Shown here: positions 14,272 through 27,318 of the stretch, piece by piece
Layout: the number at the start of each line of letters is the position of its first letter
Numbering within the stretch: the stretch's first letter is position 1
NCBI GenBank assembly: GCA_000320545.1
Contig: ADNK01000986.1
Span: 1-49,019 of the forward strand
Length of the DNA stretch: 49,019 nucleotides
Source: Bigelowiella natans CCMP2755
Lineage: Eukaryota > Protista > Cercozoa
Direction of reading: 5' to 3'
Position numbers and translations under genes: made by a program
Notes under the pieces: generated by a model
What the model was told of the DNA's origin: nothing
Databases searched by the model: none
Seen by the model: only the letters and a program-made list of their open reading frames with translations

Positions 14272-14658
14272 TGACGAGATGGCAACCTATGTTCTCAGGT
14301 ACGCATCTGCACTCTTTACAGTGGATGTGCCACATCTTCTCCTGTAACATCGGCTCTCAAAGGAGAGCTTTATGCCAAAGCTGGTCATCAATTCGTCTTT
14401 GGTGCGGCAACACGTACCGCCCCTCTCACTACCAACGTGAAGTATGTGCACGAGGTTGTTTTTTTGCGCTACGTCGGCTGCTTCTGGAGCTCCTATACCC
14501 AAGGTTGGCCTGAAATGAAAGTGTACGGCCAAAACTTGACCGTTTTGGGGTGTGCTGAAACGTGCCGCCTCGCCAAAAAGGCTTATATGGGATTGAAAGG
14601 TGATTGCTTCTTTTTTGGGGGAATATTACGTGCAAAATTCGGCCGCACACCACCTCTC

Positions 14659-14725
<67 letters not shown>

Positions 14726-15135
14726 TACACATACCAATACATTTTGCTCTTCCAGACAATAATATTAATCATCACCACAATCATAATAATCATGGTGATA
14801 ACAACAGGGTCTAAATGCTACTGCGCCAACTACTTCGGTCTGATGGGACGCTCCGACCAGTGTCGATTCTCTTGTTCTTCGGGTAACGAGAATACACGTG
14901 CGTGTGGTGGAGCAAGGAGCTTGAGCGTTTACAGCACCAAATTGGACATCGAAGGGGTAGTAGTAATTGAGTACGGTGTCACTGCTGATAGTGAGAGAAG
15001 CGCTTTTAAACGTAGAAGCAACCTCTAACGGCGATTACCTTGATATCCAACATATCCAAGCCTGACTTATACTATCACACACGTGTGTGTTGGTTTGTTC
15101 GAATTTCATGGCTCCCTACTCTCTTCCCCCCCCTC

Positions 15136-15174
<39 letters not shown>

Positions 15175-16989
15175 GGTAGTGGGAGAGGGCCATTATTGTG
15201 ACCACTATGGGCGAAACGATAACCGCTTTGATATCTCCAGTGGCATCCCAGCGGCTCCTCCGATCACCGTTGATTTTAATGAGTCTGTTCTTTGCCCGCG
15301 ACTCGAAATTCAGACTGCATACATTGCGCGTGATATTGTGAGCGATGTGTCCTCGGGGGCCAACAGCCGTGGTATTCGTCTAGTGGGAGGAAGCACGGAG
15401 CATGAAGGGCGGATCGAAGTCCTTTATCAGGTGGAGATATTGATGATGATGATGGTGGTGGTGGTGGTTGTGATGGTGATGATAGCACATTAATTATATC
15501 TCTGCCATTTCCTTTCCATAGCTAATACTACTTGCCACGCTGTCTTTCAGCGACAAACGTTGTGTGAGAATCGCCATCGTCGTGCTTGCCATTTGTTCTC
15601 ATTGTTTACGGTGCTAGGGCCGATGGGGCACCGTGTGCAAAAAAGGCTTCGACAGTAAAGCTGCAAGGGTAGCGTGCAGGATGGCAGGGTGAGTTATACA
15701 GCTAGAATCAATATCATTCCATTCCAACAACGAGGAGTGAAAACACTTTACAGTTTCTAAACGGACACGCGCATGATACTAGTCTAGTGATGCTTTAATG
15801 TGGAAGAGAGCACTCAGAACTAGTGAGAAATTCGCGCATTTTCAGAAAGGTGGCGCTCTTTTGGAAGAGCCCTTGAATGAGCATCTGCAATAACACGGCA
15901 CAAGAACGGTGAGGGAAATCATCCAGATTCATGAGAAATACCAATAATCACAGATATAGCGGAGGGACGTACACCAGTCAATTCGGGCCAGGGGCCGGCC
16001 CAATATGGCTTTCAGATCTGCGGTGTAGAGGAGGCACTGAAGAGAGCCTCTTCGACTGTATTCGTAGCGGGAAGGCAGTAGGAGCTAATGGAAACTGCGA
16101 TCATGGAAAGGATGCAGGAGTATGTTTTAATACACGAAGCAGCCTTTTCTTTATTGATGAGATATTCCCCACCGCCCCTATTCCTACCTCTCTTTTTATA
16201 TTTTTGCCCATACCTATCCGTATGCTGGAGGCGCTCCGGCCGAGCCCTGTATTTTCTAGATGCCGGTAGCCGTTGTGTTCGTTCGTAAGAACTTATTGTT
16301 TACGTATCCACAGGTATTCTGCGAATCTGAAACGAGTGCTGCCTCTAATCGCTTGCATCGCCCCGACCCACATCCGCAGCAGCGCCAAGTCGCAAACCCA
16401 AAGGACCGTAAGCGTTTGCTCCCCAAAGACGTACCCGAATACATCCGCGCTCGGAATCAGCAGCAGCTCGATCTTCTTCTATCCGACGACGCAGCACTGG
16501 ACCAAGATGCACTACATCGCTTGATATTCTTCGATCCAAGCGAGTTTGTACACGCGGAGCCGCAGATGCTTTTGGACAAGATTGCGACTTCAGAGGACGG
16601 TCTCGGGACATCGCAGGTAGATAATATGGCTCTAAGGCGGATGTGTACGTGAGAGTGTGTGTGTGTGTATGTGTGTGTGTGTGTGTGTTGTATATCTTGT
16701 ACGCTTGAGGCGGAAGATAATATGAATCCGTTGATTGATTCCATTCATTCCATCAAATCGCACAGGGAGAAGTACGGATCACCGTGGGGCTTGGCACGAA
16801 TTCCTCGGAGCTGACCTTGTGCTTGGACAGCTTCACAGACGAGACCGCGCAAGTGATTTGCTACATGCAAGGCTACGAGAAAGGCATAGCGACGCAGCCC
16901 GTTTCCACAGCTGCTGCGGATTCTGGTGTCATTATTATTCATAACGATGCAGTAGATTGATGACGAAGATTGGTGCCAATGATGATGAT

Positions 16990-17041
<52 letters not shown>

Positions 17042-17196
17042 CAGATGAATGTTGACAGTACTATCCAAATCATTAGATCCAATGGCCGACTTCTACTATG
17101 ACTGCGCATCAGCGGCGACCGATCTTTCAGGTGTGCTCCGAGAGCCTTGATACTCCAGAACGAGAGACAGAGACAGAGAGAAAGAGAGACAGAGAC

Positions 17197-17245
<49 letters not shown>

Positions 17246-18080
17246 GTTCATTCCCTTTGGCATGATTATTCAGCAGTAAGAGAATGCTAACCGTGGTGTC
17301 AGGATGCACGCTGCGCCCATCGGCCTCCTCCTCGTGCCAGGGTGGTCCTGCAGGCGTTGAATGCACTCGGCCATTCGCTTTGGGTTGTGGAAAGGGGGAG
17401 CATTGGCAAGAATCAAGCCAGAGCTGTGAGCTTTGCGGACGGAATTCGTAATTAATAAATCGATGGGGTAGGGAGAGGGGAGGGGGGGATAGGGCCTCTA
17501 GTTGAACCTTGATGTTATAGAGTGCGCGCGTGCGGTAGAGAGTTAATGGCCGAAGGTGTAGAGAATATAATACATACTTCATTCGAATTCTATCTTTTTG
17601 GACTGCATACATCAATATCAATGAAGACACTTATAAGGTTCTTCGGAGCAAATTCCAAAACAATTTCCAATGAAGTTTCCCTTCCCACCATCGCAACTAA
17701 TACATTCTCCTGTCATCCATGCCGTACCCCCCCCCCTTTCTTCCTATTTCTACATTGTGCAAGTTACCAAACAGCTGATAATCACCGGGAGACATCGTGT
17801 AAACAATGCCGCTGGGAATACATCACCTTCACCTACGGCTCGACATCCGAAGAAGCGTGCACATATAAGGCGCTGTCGAACGACGCATTCTACATCTTCA
17901 TCCCTTTCTACGCAGTATTCATCGCGTTTATTGTTTCGTACGGGGCGTACAATGTTTATTCCAATTTTCGAGACTATGCCGTGGAAACCATGCTGATACA
18001 CTACAGGGTATTATCATTTGTTCGTGAGCATGTAGGGAGGAATCAACACATCGCCAAACACACACACACACACACACACA

Positions 18081-18127
<47 letters not shown>

Positions 18128-19312
18128 AGCAAGCAGTACGAATGCTGCATTTGATGAGTACATATTTGGAAAGATATCACTAAAACTACGAAGTAGTAGC
18201 AGCAGCAGCAGCAAACTCCGCCAAAACGCCCTCCCCGCTAATACATCTCCATCATCCCTTGCACCATCTACTCCTGCTTTATTAGCGTTGGCTTCTCTTA
18301 CCTCTTTTTATTGAGGTTCCGCTGATATGTCTCACCTATGAAGCATCGATTTTCCAACCCGTCCGCTTTGAATATTCGACGTACAAGCACGACAAACTTC
18401 CGGAAGAAGTGCGAAACCTGATACTGGCTGGGATGGTTTTGTCCATTGTACGGTCTGCTATGGGATTCCTCCTTTTGATCAGTGGTGCGACTGTCGGCTT
18501 CTACAACTTGCTGGTCTTTCATATCCCTGTGGACTTCGTCTTATTCGTAGGCGCATGCCTCTATCTCTCTAATTTACCCGAGGGCAACGACTACCCTATC
18601 GTCGGCAGCGCCGGAGTGGTAATGTGACGATCGTCTTTGCATGTGGGCATGGCGCGATTTTCCCGCCGTGGTGAAAGATATCATGATAAAAGCGACGACG
18701 CAGATGATGAGATGGCTGCTATGCATGGTTTTCCGATTAGGTGATTCGCCATCTCCCAATATGGCCGGACACGATGCGTAACTTTCCCACGCTGATACCC
18801 TGTCACTTATTCCTGATGTATATGGTTCACGGACTGGCAATGTTGGCCGCTGCCTGTTTTCGAAAACAGCGAGATCGTCTAATGCACACATCCGCTCATG
18901 CCATCAAGATGCAGGTCGTATCATAGAGCAGTTAACCCCCCTCCCCAATCCCCCGTTTCTGCTGACACTCGCGTCATAAACACAACAAAGTTCCAGACGT
19001 ACCACATACATGCGATGCAAAACAAGAATATACTGCCTCGCCTAACTGTTGTCGTCAATATCTTCTAACAGGTCCGAAAGCAGTGGTCAGAGGACTCAAA
19101 AGTTGTGGTTCAGATGGCCCGTCCGGACCAGGCGGACCTCGAGCAAAAGCGGCTCGAATTCTACAAGTTTGGCAAGCACGTTAAGTGCGCAGTGTGCAAG
19201 GGTGTAGGGACGCTACACTCGGAGACGTCATTGCCTGGGGTATGTATGCGATGCGTGCAGCTACTAAATCCTGCCCGTAGACATTCCATGCTACAAGCCT
19301 ACTTAGAAGGAG

Positions 19313-19359
<47 letters not shown>

Positions 19360-20206
19360 GGGAGAGAGAAGGAGATTATCGTCGCGGCTATTTCGATTGC
19401 AGCACAGTCGCTTTCGTTCCCAATATCCTAAAATCCTAAAAATCCTGAGCAACATCATGCCCCAACCACTACTAGGTCGTGTGCGAAGCAGGATCTTCAA
19501 ACACAGAAGCCTCCGCGAAGATCGTACAGCCTATGGACAATATCATTGATGCAAAGGCAGCAGCAGCAGGAGGAGGAGGAGGAGGAGTAGATCCATCATG
19601 CCCCACCGCTGAACTTGCCGCTGGGGGCACTTCAGTTGTCGTAGATGCTGTTGTCGTGCAAAGCGAGACCAAATCTCAAAGGTTGTTTACTCCTTCTACG
19701 CTCGTGTGGGCGACTGATAATTGTGATGATGAGGATTAACGATGATGATACCGATGGTGATGATATCATGAGAAAGATGATAATTTTAGTATGATGAACG
19801 ATTCGATACCCATAATGCCCCCACCCCCTCCTATTTTTACATACAGAGAGAGGGAGAGAGGGGGAGGGGGGGGAGACGGCGTGCTATAGAGGAAGAAGGT
19901 GAGAAGAATTTCATCCTTTGTGATTCTGGTATCTGTATCTTTCAGCGGAGGAAACGGATGCTGGATGTGTAAGGGGACTGGCCAAACTTCGGAGTGGATA
20001 ACTTCATATCAGGTAGTATCTCTTCCTCCTCCTCCTCCTCCTCCCATCTCCCTTCTCCTCACATCATGATGGGAAGGAAAAGGAAGAAGAGCCTGCGGTC
20101 CTGCTAGCATGATGATGATGAGGATGATGAGATGAAAATATTGATGATGGCTTGGGGGAGAGCGAGGGGGAGGAGGGAGGAGGAGGAGGGAGGAGGACTC
20201 CTACCA

Positions 20207-20240
<34 letters not shown>

Positions 20241-20580
20241 CCCTCTATCTCCCCTTCTGTCTCTCTCTTTCAAATTAAGACGGAGAGCTCAGCCTCAACT
20301 CATTTTTATTATTAACAATATCATCGTCATTCTCCTCTCGTAATTATAGGCACCGCACGAGAAGAGCATTCCTTGCATGATCTGTTGGGATGAGTCCCAA
20401 TGGGGCATCTCCACCGAGTGCACGCACTTCTTCTGCTCTACGTGTATCAAGCACTCTTTGGAGGCAATCTTGGAACAAGGGCAGTTCCCAGCATATTGTC
20501 CCGCCTGTAGAGCAGATGCTGGGGTACCCAGAAACCGCATAAATATGAATACGATACGTTGGTCTTGTGTGCGAGTGCGA

Positions 20581-20621
<41 letters not shown>

Positions 20622-22045
20622 ATCATCATATATGGCCATATTTCCACAGATGGTAGAGGGGCAGCACGTTTGCTCTGCCATACACATGCGCTCGCTAGCG
20701 GGAACAGAAACATTTCGCCCTCACTCAGTTATAGGCTTTAAAGGCTGAACATAGATGTCTTTAGGATCAATTCTTAACAGCATCCATGTGCGTGTGTGTT
20801 TGGAATTCATTACCTGCACGCTCAGGGCAAGGACATTAAGGCGGGCAGGATCGAGGGCCCGGCACTTACTTTCTTGGAAAAACGCGGCGTCATCTCTAAG
20901 GACCTCCAGTACGTCATTTCCGGATACAACACACAGCCCTGCCACTTGCTTTGATACGTCACACTGAAAACAACTTTTAATTTTTCCGGAGCCTCGTGCT
21001 CCGAATAACAGTATACGTGCATATGTGTATCAGATACAGGTTCATGAAGCAGCAGAGAAGAGGGGTTGAAGAGTTTTTCCGGTGTCCCGCAAACTGCGGA
21101 AACTACCTGAAGCATAAAGACCCAGAATGGAAGAATCTCATAGTCCCCGGCAAAGCAGGCCCTATCTCGAGGAGAATCCAGGCACCGGGAAAATGCCCTT
21201 GTGGAGTGATGGTTTTACTATTTTCGCTATCCTTTCCATGATGTGATACATGCAAAGGGGAAATAATGTAGTATTATTTTCACGATACATACCACATCCG
21301 CAGAAAGCTGCACGCAGCTCGGATGTATGATTTTACGTACATGACAAGCGAACCCCCAAACCGTCTTTTATGAACCTCCTCCTCACCTCCTAATATTTCG
21401 TGTTTCAGGTGTGTCTCAGGTGCCATTTGCAGCTGGATAGGAAAGACTTCTTGTCCCACGACTGCGGCCTCGATAAAATGAACCCCATGGACGCCAAGAC
21501 GCTAGCGAAAATGAATCAGCTCGGCAAACGCTGCCCCAACTGCAACAATTTCATCGAAAAAACGGGGGGGTGCAATGTGATGATGTGCGGCACGCACGCG
21601 CATGGCGCTCTTCTAACGGCCATCAAGAATGGCGGATGTGGCCATCAGGTTCGTTTATTATTTGTTGGGGATGTGTATACCACTGCAGAAGGAATAAATG
21701 AATCAGTATTCGCTATGTGATTATTTGTTCACGTGGTGCGGTGACTGGGCACTCTTTCTCCTCGTCGCGTCGTTCATTTATCATATATCTATTCGTCTAA
21801 GCCTGTTATGGTGAATAATAATCCCACGCATACACGCTGATATCGAATTGACCCTTACACCATGCATCTTGTCTGTTTACCAGTTCTATTGGGACTCCGG
21901 CCAGCCTGCAAGCGGCGCCTACACAGGTATCGATGGGAAAAGGAAGAATGGATTTATTTCTCCACAAGAACGGATGGAGGCGATGCAGAAGCTTGGAAAG
22001 GTGGAGAAGAAAGAGGGAAACACGAAAAAGAAAGATGCAAAGTGA
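5324..22045 (+). CDS. Giant multipass receptor with SRCR/lectin/PAN/WSC ectodomain fused to a C-terminal RBR (RING1-IBR-RING2) E3 ubiquitin ligase; ~47 exons, ~2,900 aa
   Basis: GT-AG introns can be chained in consistent phase from ATG 5324 (hydrophobic leader [17 protein letters not shown]) to TGA 22045. The weakest junction is ~10470-10695, which needs a small exon at ~10525-10588. Domain order: SRCR, YPT repeats, F-type-lectin-like, SUEL-like, PAN, GIFT-like, SUEL-like, SRCR, PAN, WSC, SRCR, divergent SRCR, ephrin-receptor-like Cys repeat, ~5 TM, CxxCxGxG pair, RBR. Confidence 0.8.
6380..6822 (+). other. SRCR domain 1 (2 exons) of receptor
   Basis: [44 protein letters not shown]|..[39 protein letters not shown], a canonical SRCR pattern. 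Confidence 0.95.
6839..7630 (+). repeat. Coding (Y/F)PT-x tetrapeptide repeat stalk, including a 12-bp tandem CCCAACACGGTA x3 at 7351-7386
   Basis: Exons translate to [78 protein letters not shown]. Confidence 0.85.
8190..8850 (+). other. F-type lectin / F5/8-C (discoidin)-like domain
   Basis: DPFIQLDLG|[17 protein letters not shown]..|[21 protein letters not shown] resembles the PWxxVDLG...C..GRYV.I pattern. Confidence 0.55.
9861..10170 (+). other. SUEL/Gal-lectin-like module; a second similar one lies at ~12115-12490
   Basis: [28 protein letters not shown]|YTC; second copy [17 protein letters not shown]..|[10 protein letters not shown]. Confidence 0.5.
10360..10445 (+). other. PAN/apple-like module; a second one lies at ~14030-14330
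   Basis: [22 protein letters not shown]; second copy [15 protein letters not shown]..|RICTLYSGC. Confidence 0.6.
12776..13300 (+). other. SRCR domain 2
   Basis: [35 protein letters not shown]..|[35 protein letters not shown]. Confidence 0.93.
14467..14935 (+). other. WSC carbohydrate-binding domain
   Basis: [21 protein letters not shown]|[23 protein letters not shown]. Confidence 0.9.
15370..17362 (+). other. SRCR domain 3 (15370-16325) and a divergent SRCR domain 4 (~16520-17362)
   Basis: [19 protein letters not shown]|[24 protein letters not shown]|[25 protein letters not shown]|VFC; then [37 protein letters not shown]. Confidence 0.85.
17385..18860 (+). other. Ephrin-receptor-like (GCC2/3) Cys repeat followed by ~5 transmembrane helices
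   Basis: [15 protein letters not shown]|[17 protein letters not shown], then [78 protein letters not shown] and [23 protein letters not shown], followed by basic RKQR. Confidence 0.75.
20374..21895 (+). other. RBR E3 ligase module (RING1-IBR-RING2)
   Basis: RING1 [17 protein letters not shown]; [16 protein letters not shown]..|VCLRCH..HDC; RING2 [25 protein letters not shown]|FYW with the catalytic Cys in GGCN. Confidence 0.93.
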
Positions 22046-22704
22046 ATGTGCCCGTCAGGATAATAGTGCGCACAAGGACGAGCTAGGAGAGGCTTGCTAG
22101 AGTAGTCACTCACGCTATTGCAACTATCATGTATAGCCCTAACAGCGTAGCTCCGATTTCAGATTGTGAACGATGATTGCATGTTCAATAATGAGGCTGT
22201 AAATAACTCAAGCCTTTCTCCATCATATATGTCTATTAGATACGTTTGTTCTTTGAACGCTGCGCATTTATTGCATCGTCAATGTTGCAGCTACATGTAG
22301 AGCACACATATTTTTTGCATACACACACATGATGAGACGGATGCAATGTAATAATTACATTTCTTCAATAGTCATCCTAATGTTTACCTGTGCAATGCGG
22401 CGGCTACCCGAAGCAAACTTGCACTACATTGGGATGGCAATTACAAAGATTTAATCTACTCATCTAGTCATGACATCCGTCTCATATGCACACTTGGCCA
22501 GCCAGTATGAAATTGCACTGCGCGCGGGCTATTCGAGTTGTATCTACATACAGTAGCAAAATGGAGGTGACTGTGGTTCAAGTTTTGATATAGAACATGC
22601 GAACTTTATTTAGTCGCTGCGGCGAACTTGTACAACTCCCTATTACTTAACACAAAATCGCATTAAAGGCATTGCGATTAGGGGTAGAACTATGAGGCCA
22701 TAGT

Positions 22705-22851
22705 TTATGAAGAAGGGACACGCTGAACGTTGTAGAACTGATTGATTAGAGCCACGTTTGAGTTGTAAGCGTCGAGATACCTAAACAGAGGAAGAGATGA
22801 CGTTAAATACTGCAAGTCCGTTGTACACACACGCACACACACACGCACACA

Positions 22852-22915
<64 letters not shown>

Positions 22916-23267
22916 AAGAGAGAAGCTAACTACTGAATCAAGTGTTGCTGTGAAATCCTACTTTCCCAAGGAATGGCTTGCGAAATTCGTTCGGCTCCCC
23001 ATGAAGGTCCTCTCCACGAATGACGGATCCGGAATACAGTTTCCTAGTGGGTGGGTTGTTATTGTCAGTCAAGTTAAGTCTGGCAGCAGCCACTGGCTCA
23101 GCAGCAGCGGCAGTAGCAGCTAGGGGGAGAGACAAACGCGGAAAGGGGGCATCCATTCATACGTCGAGCACACGAACACAGACAGAAAGAGGACCACACA
23201 CACACCTTTGTCATCGACGACAGCTTCTAGTCCTGCGTGCTTGAAAAGCAACGGGATGCTGTGTGGC

Positions 23268-23305
<38 letters not shown>

Positions 23306-23825
23306 CAGAAGAGAGATGGAGAATCTGACGAGAACTCCGCTGTTGTGAAGGGGGGGCTCGACTTTTTGGTCAATTAGCCAGTTAATTGCTCTCTGTTCGG
23401 TTTCTTTGTTAATTAGCCAGTTAATCGGCTCTCTTTCTCTCTAGCACCTTGGCTGGCCTGTAATCACATCGCGTTCATATACGATGCGAATGAACGCGGG
23501 GACCTGAGCAGAGATGGCGTGGTAAATATTACTACAAAACCGAATGGCGTCAGATAACGTGTTTATTTCATCTCTTGGATTCGTGGTCACTTTAGCAGCA
23601 ATAGACGTAGCAGCAGCCATAGCAGTAGCAGTAGTAGTAGTAGTGCGCTGCTTGTTGGAAAAAAAAGTGTCAATTATCACCACTCGATCCACTAGCCTGG
23701 CAAAGGGGCGATTGCCGACCTGCCGCAGCACAACCACGCAACAATAACAACAACAACAATAACAATAACAACGACAGACTTGCTCAAGCACAAGGAAGGC
23801 ACATATCATGTGTTATCCTCAGTGA

Positions 23826-23859
<34 letters not shown>

Positions 23860-24120
23860 GGTGGTGGAAGTAGTAGCGGTATTAATAATGATGACAATAC
23901 TGATAATCATAGTACCCTGGGTTGGCCAAAGGTGACACAGCCGACCTCAAAAGACGTAGATTTCTTTCCCTCAGTGCTCCCAGGCCGAAACCCCTAGTAT
24001 AGAGAGGGAGGGGGAGAGAGAGAGAGAGAGAGAGAGAGAGTGTGTGTGTGTGTCGGATGTCATAATACGTGGGGGGAGAGGGCAAGACCATGCAGCGCAG
24101 AAAGATATATGCTAATACAG

Positions 24121-24157
<37 letters not shown>

Positions 24158-26519
24158 AAGTATAAGTATAAGTATAAGTATATACGTACATTTATATGCA
24201 TATATGTTAATCTCCCATTGACCAATGAATGCAAGCAGCACTAACGTCAAATGCCCCCACCTGCAGAGTCCCAAGGTCCAATGCTGAGAGGCAGGCCAGA
24301 GCCCCGCCCAACGAATGGCCGGTCGTTATTATCGGAAAGTCCTCCCTTTGAGTGTGATAGTGCGCGTCCTGATCAGTTGCGGGAGGAGGCCAATCAATCG
24401 TCGTTGCAGCAGCAGCAGCAGCAACAACAACAACAACAGACAAACGGTGAGACCAATAAGGGTGGGATGTATTGTGGAGAATGAATGAATGGATGAGTGA
24501 GAGCAAACTGCTCAGGGAGAGGGCTTGCAACACCTTCAAGCTGCTGATTTTGGGGTTCAGATAGTCTGCAATAGCGCCGAGAACCTGTGCACGTACACAA
24601 CCAATCAGTGTGCTGGTGACCGATGATAGGGGGGGGGGGGAGATGGTAGTGCCGTTCGTTGTTGTTGATGATAATGATGATAGCGATTTTCCAAGGCAGC
24701 TCCTCGCTACAACAACAACAACAACAGCAGCAGCAGCAGCAGCAAGGAGAACAGCAAAGGGAAGCAGGAGGCACTACTGCTACCACTTCTTTTCGTAATA
24801 CCTGTGTCCGAATCGACATATAAGCTGACCAGAACCTTGTTGTGCAGAGTCAAATGAATGAGGAGGAGGAGGAGGAGGAGGACGAGGGGGAAAGGGAGAA
24901 GTACTACGTCAGGGAAGCAGCTGGGAGAAACACGGCACATAATAACCATCACGCCACTATACTCCTCCATCATCACTACTATTAGCAGCAGCCAAAAACT
25001 AGCAAACAACTGTTTCCTCATTCACGATCAACGACGTACCCACTGTGGACGCACACGCCTTTGTTTCGAAGCAAGTTCTCTTTGCTCATCTGATGACCAC
25101 GCGAAAGAGGAAGACAGAGGCGGGGGGCGGGGGGCGGGGGGGGGGGGGGGGAATCAGGGACGATGTGTCCGAGCCGCAAGAAACAATAGCTCACAGTCCG
25201 TGCCAAAAAAACAATTCTACCACAGATACTACTAGTACTACTGCTGCTGCAAATAATGTCTATTGAGCATCATCATGATTGAATGCTACAGCTACTACCA
25301 TTCCGAAATCATCAGGCGCTACGCGCCACGCGGAACAATCCGTAAGCATGTTTTGGATGTTGGCGGTCCCTCTGTCGATATGAAGAGAGAGAGGCAGCAG
25401 CAGCAGTAGCAGCATTTGTTTCATTTGAATCATGTGATGGGTAGTAGTGGTACGTGGTTGCGGTTGTTGTTGTTGTTGTTGGCAAGATGAAGGAGGAGGA
25501 GAAGATGGATGATTGACCATACTGGTATCCCCATCGCTATTGCTACTACTCCTACTAGTACTACTGTTACTACGATGTTCAACCTAAATGAGATAATTAA
25601 ACATCTGGGATTTTCGAGCTCAGCAACCTGTGGTGGTAAAACAAGCATGCTCTCTTCATACACACAAAAACACAAACACATACAGACAGGCAGACACACA
25701 CACACACACACACACACACTAGCAATAATAATAATGCATACACACATTCGGATGGAATAACTATCATCACCATCACCATCACCATCTTCTTCATCATCAT
25801 CATCATCATCATCTGTTGTTTCCTCCCTCTTCTTCTTCTCTCTACTGACTATGCAGCGAATATGCTCCTCGCTTTCGAGCACATTTAAAATACGGGGCCT
25901 GCAAATAAATACGAATATAGATGATGACATAGTAGTAGTGGCTAGGATCTTCTCCCTCCCATCTCCCCTGCTCTTACTACCGTATATTGGCGGGGACCGA
26001 CCACCCCCCCATCTTCTTCCAGCTCTCCGTCAGGTTCAGTTGCTGAGAAAAGGGGGGGGGGGGGGGATGCAGTCGTCACGCCGCCGTTGATTCCGCATAC
26101 ATATAAGATGAGGCAGCGGAACAATGCGGGACAACGATCATGTATGAGAATGTCCTTTACGATGACAGTAGCACTGCTTTACCTGTGTCCTGAAGGCTTC
26201 TTTCAGTGGCGATGTTGTGGGAGATTTCTTATTCTTCTTCTTCTTCTTCTTTTTGCGGGCCGAGCCTACCATCATCATCATCTGGTCGTCGTCATCGTCG
26301 TCGTCGTCGTCGTCATCGTCGTCAACCCCTCCCCCTTTCTCTTCCCCGTCATCGTCATCATCATCGAAGAGCGCCGTGGTGTCCGGAGTAGCGATGATGG
26401 CCTGATGCTCTTCGCTCGCCTAAATTTGGGCGGAAGAGACGGGGGAGAGAGATCACTGGATTAGGAAGAGTAGAAGATGATATACTTGTTCTGCTGCTAA
26501 ATACAAATATACATTATAT

Positions 26520-26565
<46 letters not shown>

Positions 26566-26919
26566 TATATATATATTATGCAGCATTAAATACTACTACC
26601 TGGCTGAAGGGGTTGGCCTCTTCCATTTGGATATGGTACACCTCCCAGCTGCGTCGAGAAAAGAACGCCATTAACGACGGGCAGTGTTGCATGCACATCG
26701 AAGAAGCAGCAGCAGCAGCAAGCACTTGTATCTACTCCTCTCATATCGATCATTTTTATTTACCAATTATTTTGAGGCTAATTCATACATTATATATATA
26801 TATATATATATATATACGTAGTTGTTACCTTAGGAGAAGACACATCTTTGACACCTCAAAAGGAGTGCCTTGGGGAAGATCCACGTTGGAAAATATCTGC
26901 CATTGTTGTTGTTGTTCGG

Positions 26920-26960
<41 letters not shown>

Positions 26961-27271
26961 ACACAAATACACCATCAGAGATAGTGACTTGCAGCGCAAA
27001 ACGATGTTGGGCGGTCATTTGAAGGAAAATCGCCGCATAGCCTTATTATTATATCTTACCTCTGAGATTTCCGTCTCCAGGGTCTTCAGCTTGCCTAATT
27101 GCATGGAAAATTCATTCTGTCGTGAGATCTACGAATACATTATAAGTATTATGTACAGTACATGTGTTGCAGTTGCGCCCTTCGCGATGCGACCACCATC
27201 ACCACCATCACCGATGTCCCCCCCCCCCCCCCCCTTCTCTCCATGCATGTAAGTCATCTTGATCATATTAT

Positions 27272-27318
<47 letters not shown>

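Noticed and set aside
20650-20667. Possible 18-nt micro-exon (MVEGQH) between RING1 and IBR
   Set aside because: Flanked by AG/GT and frame-neutral but not needed; cannot be supported without transcripts.
23372-23440. Intronic direct repeat AATTAGCCAGTTAAT x2 as a mobile-element footprint
   Set aside because: Only a short local duplication; no terminal inverted repeats or other copies seen in the window.
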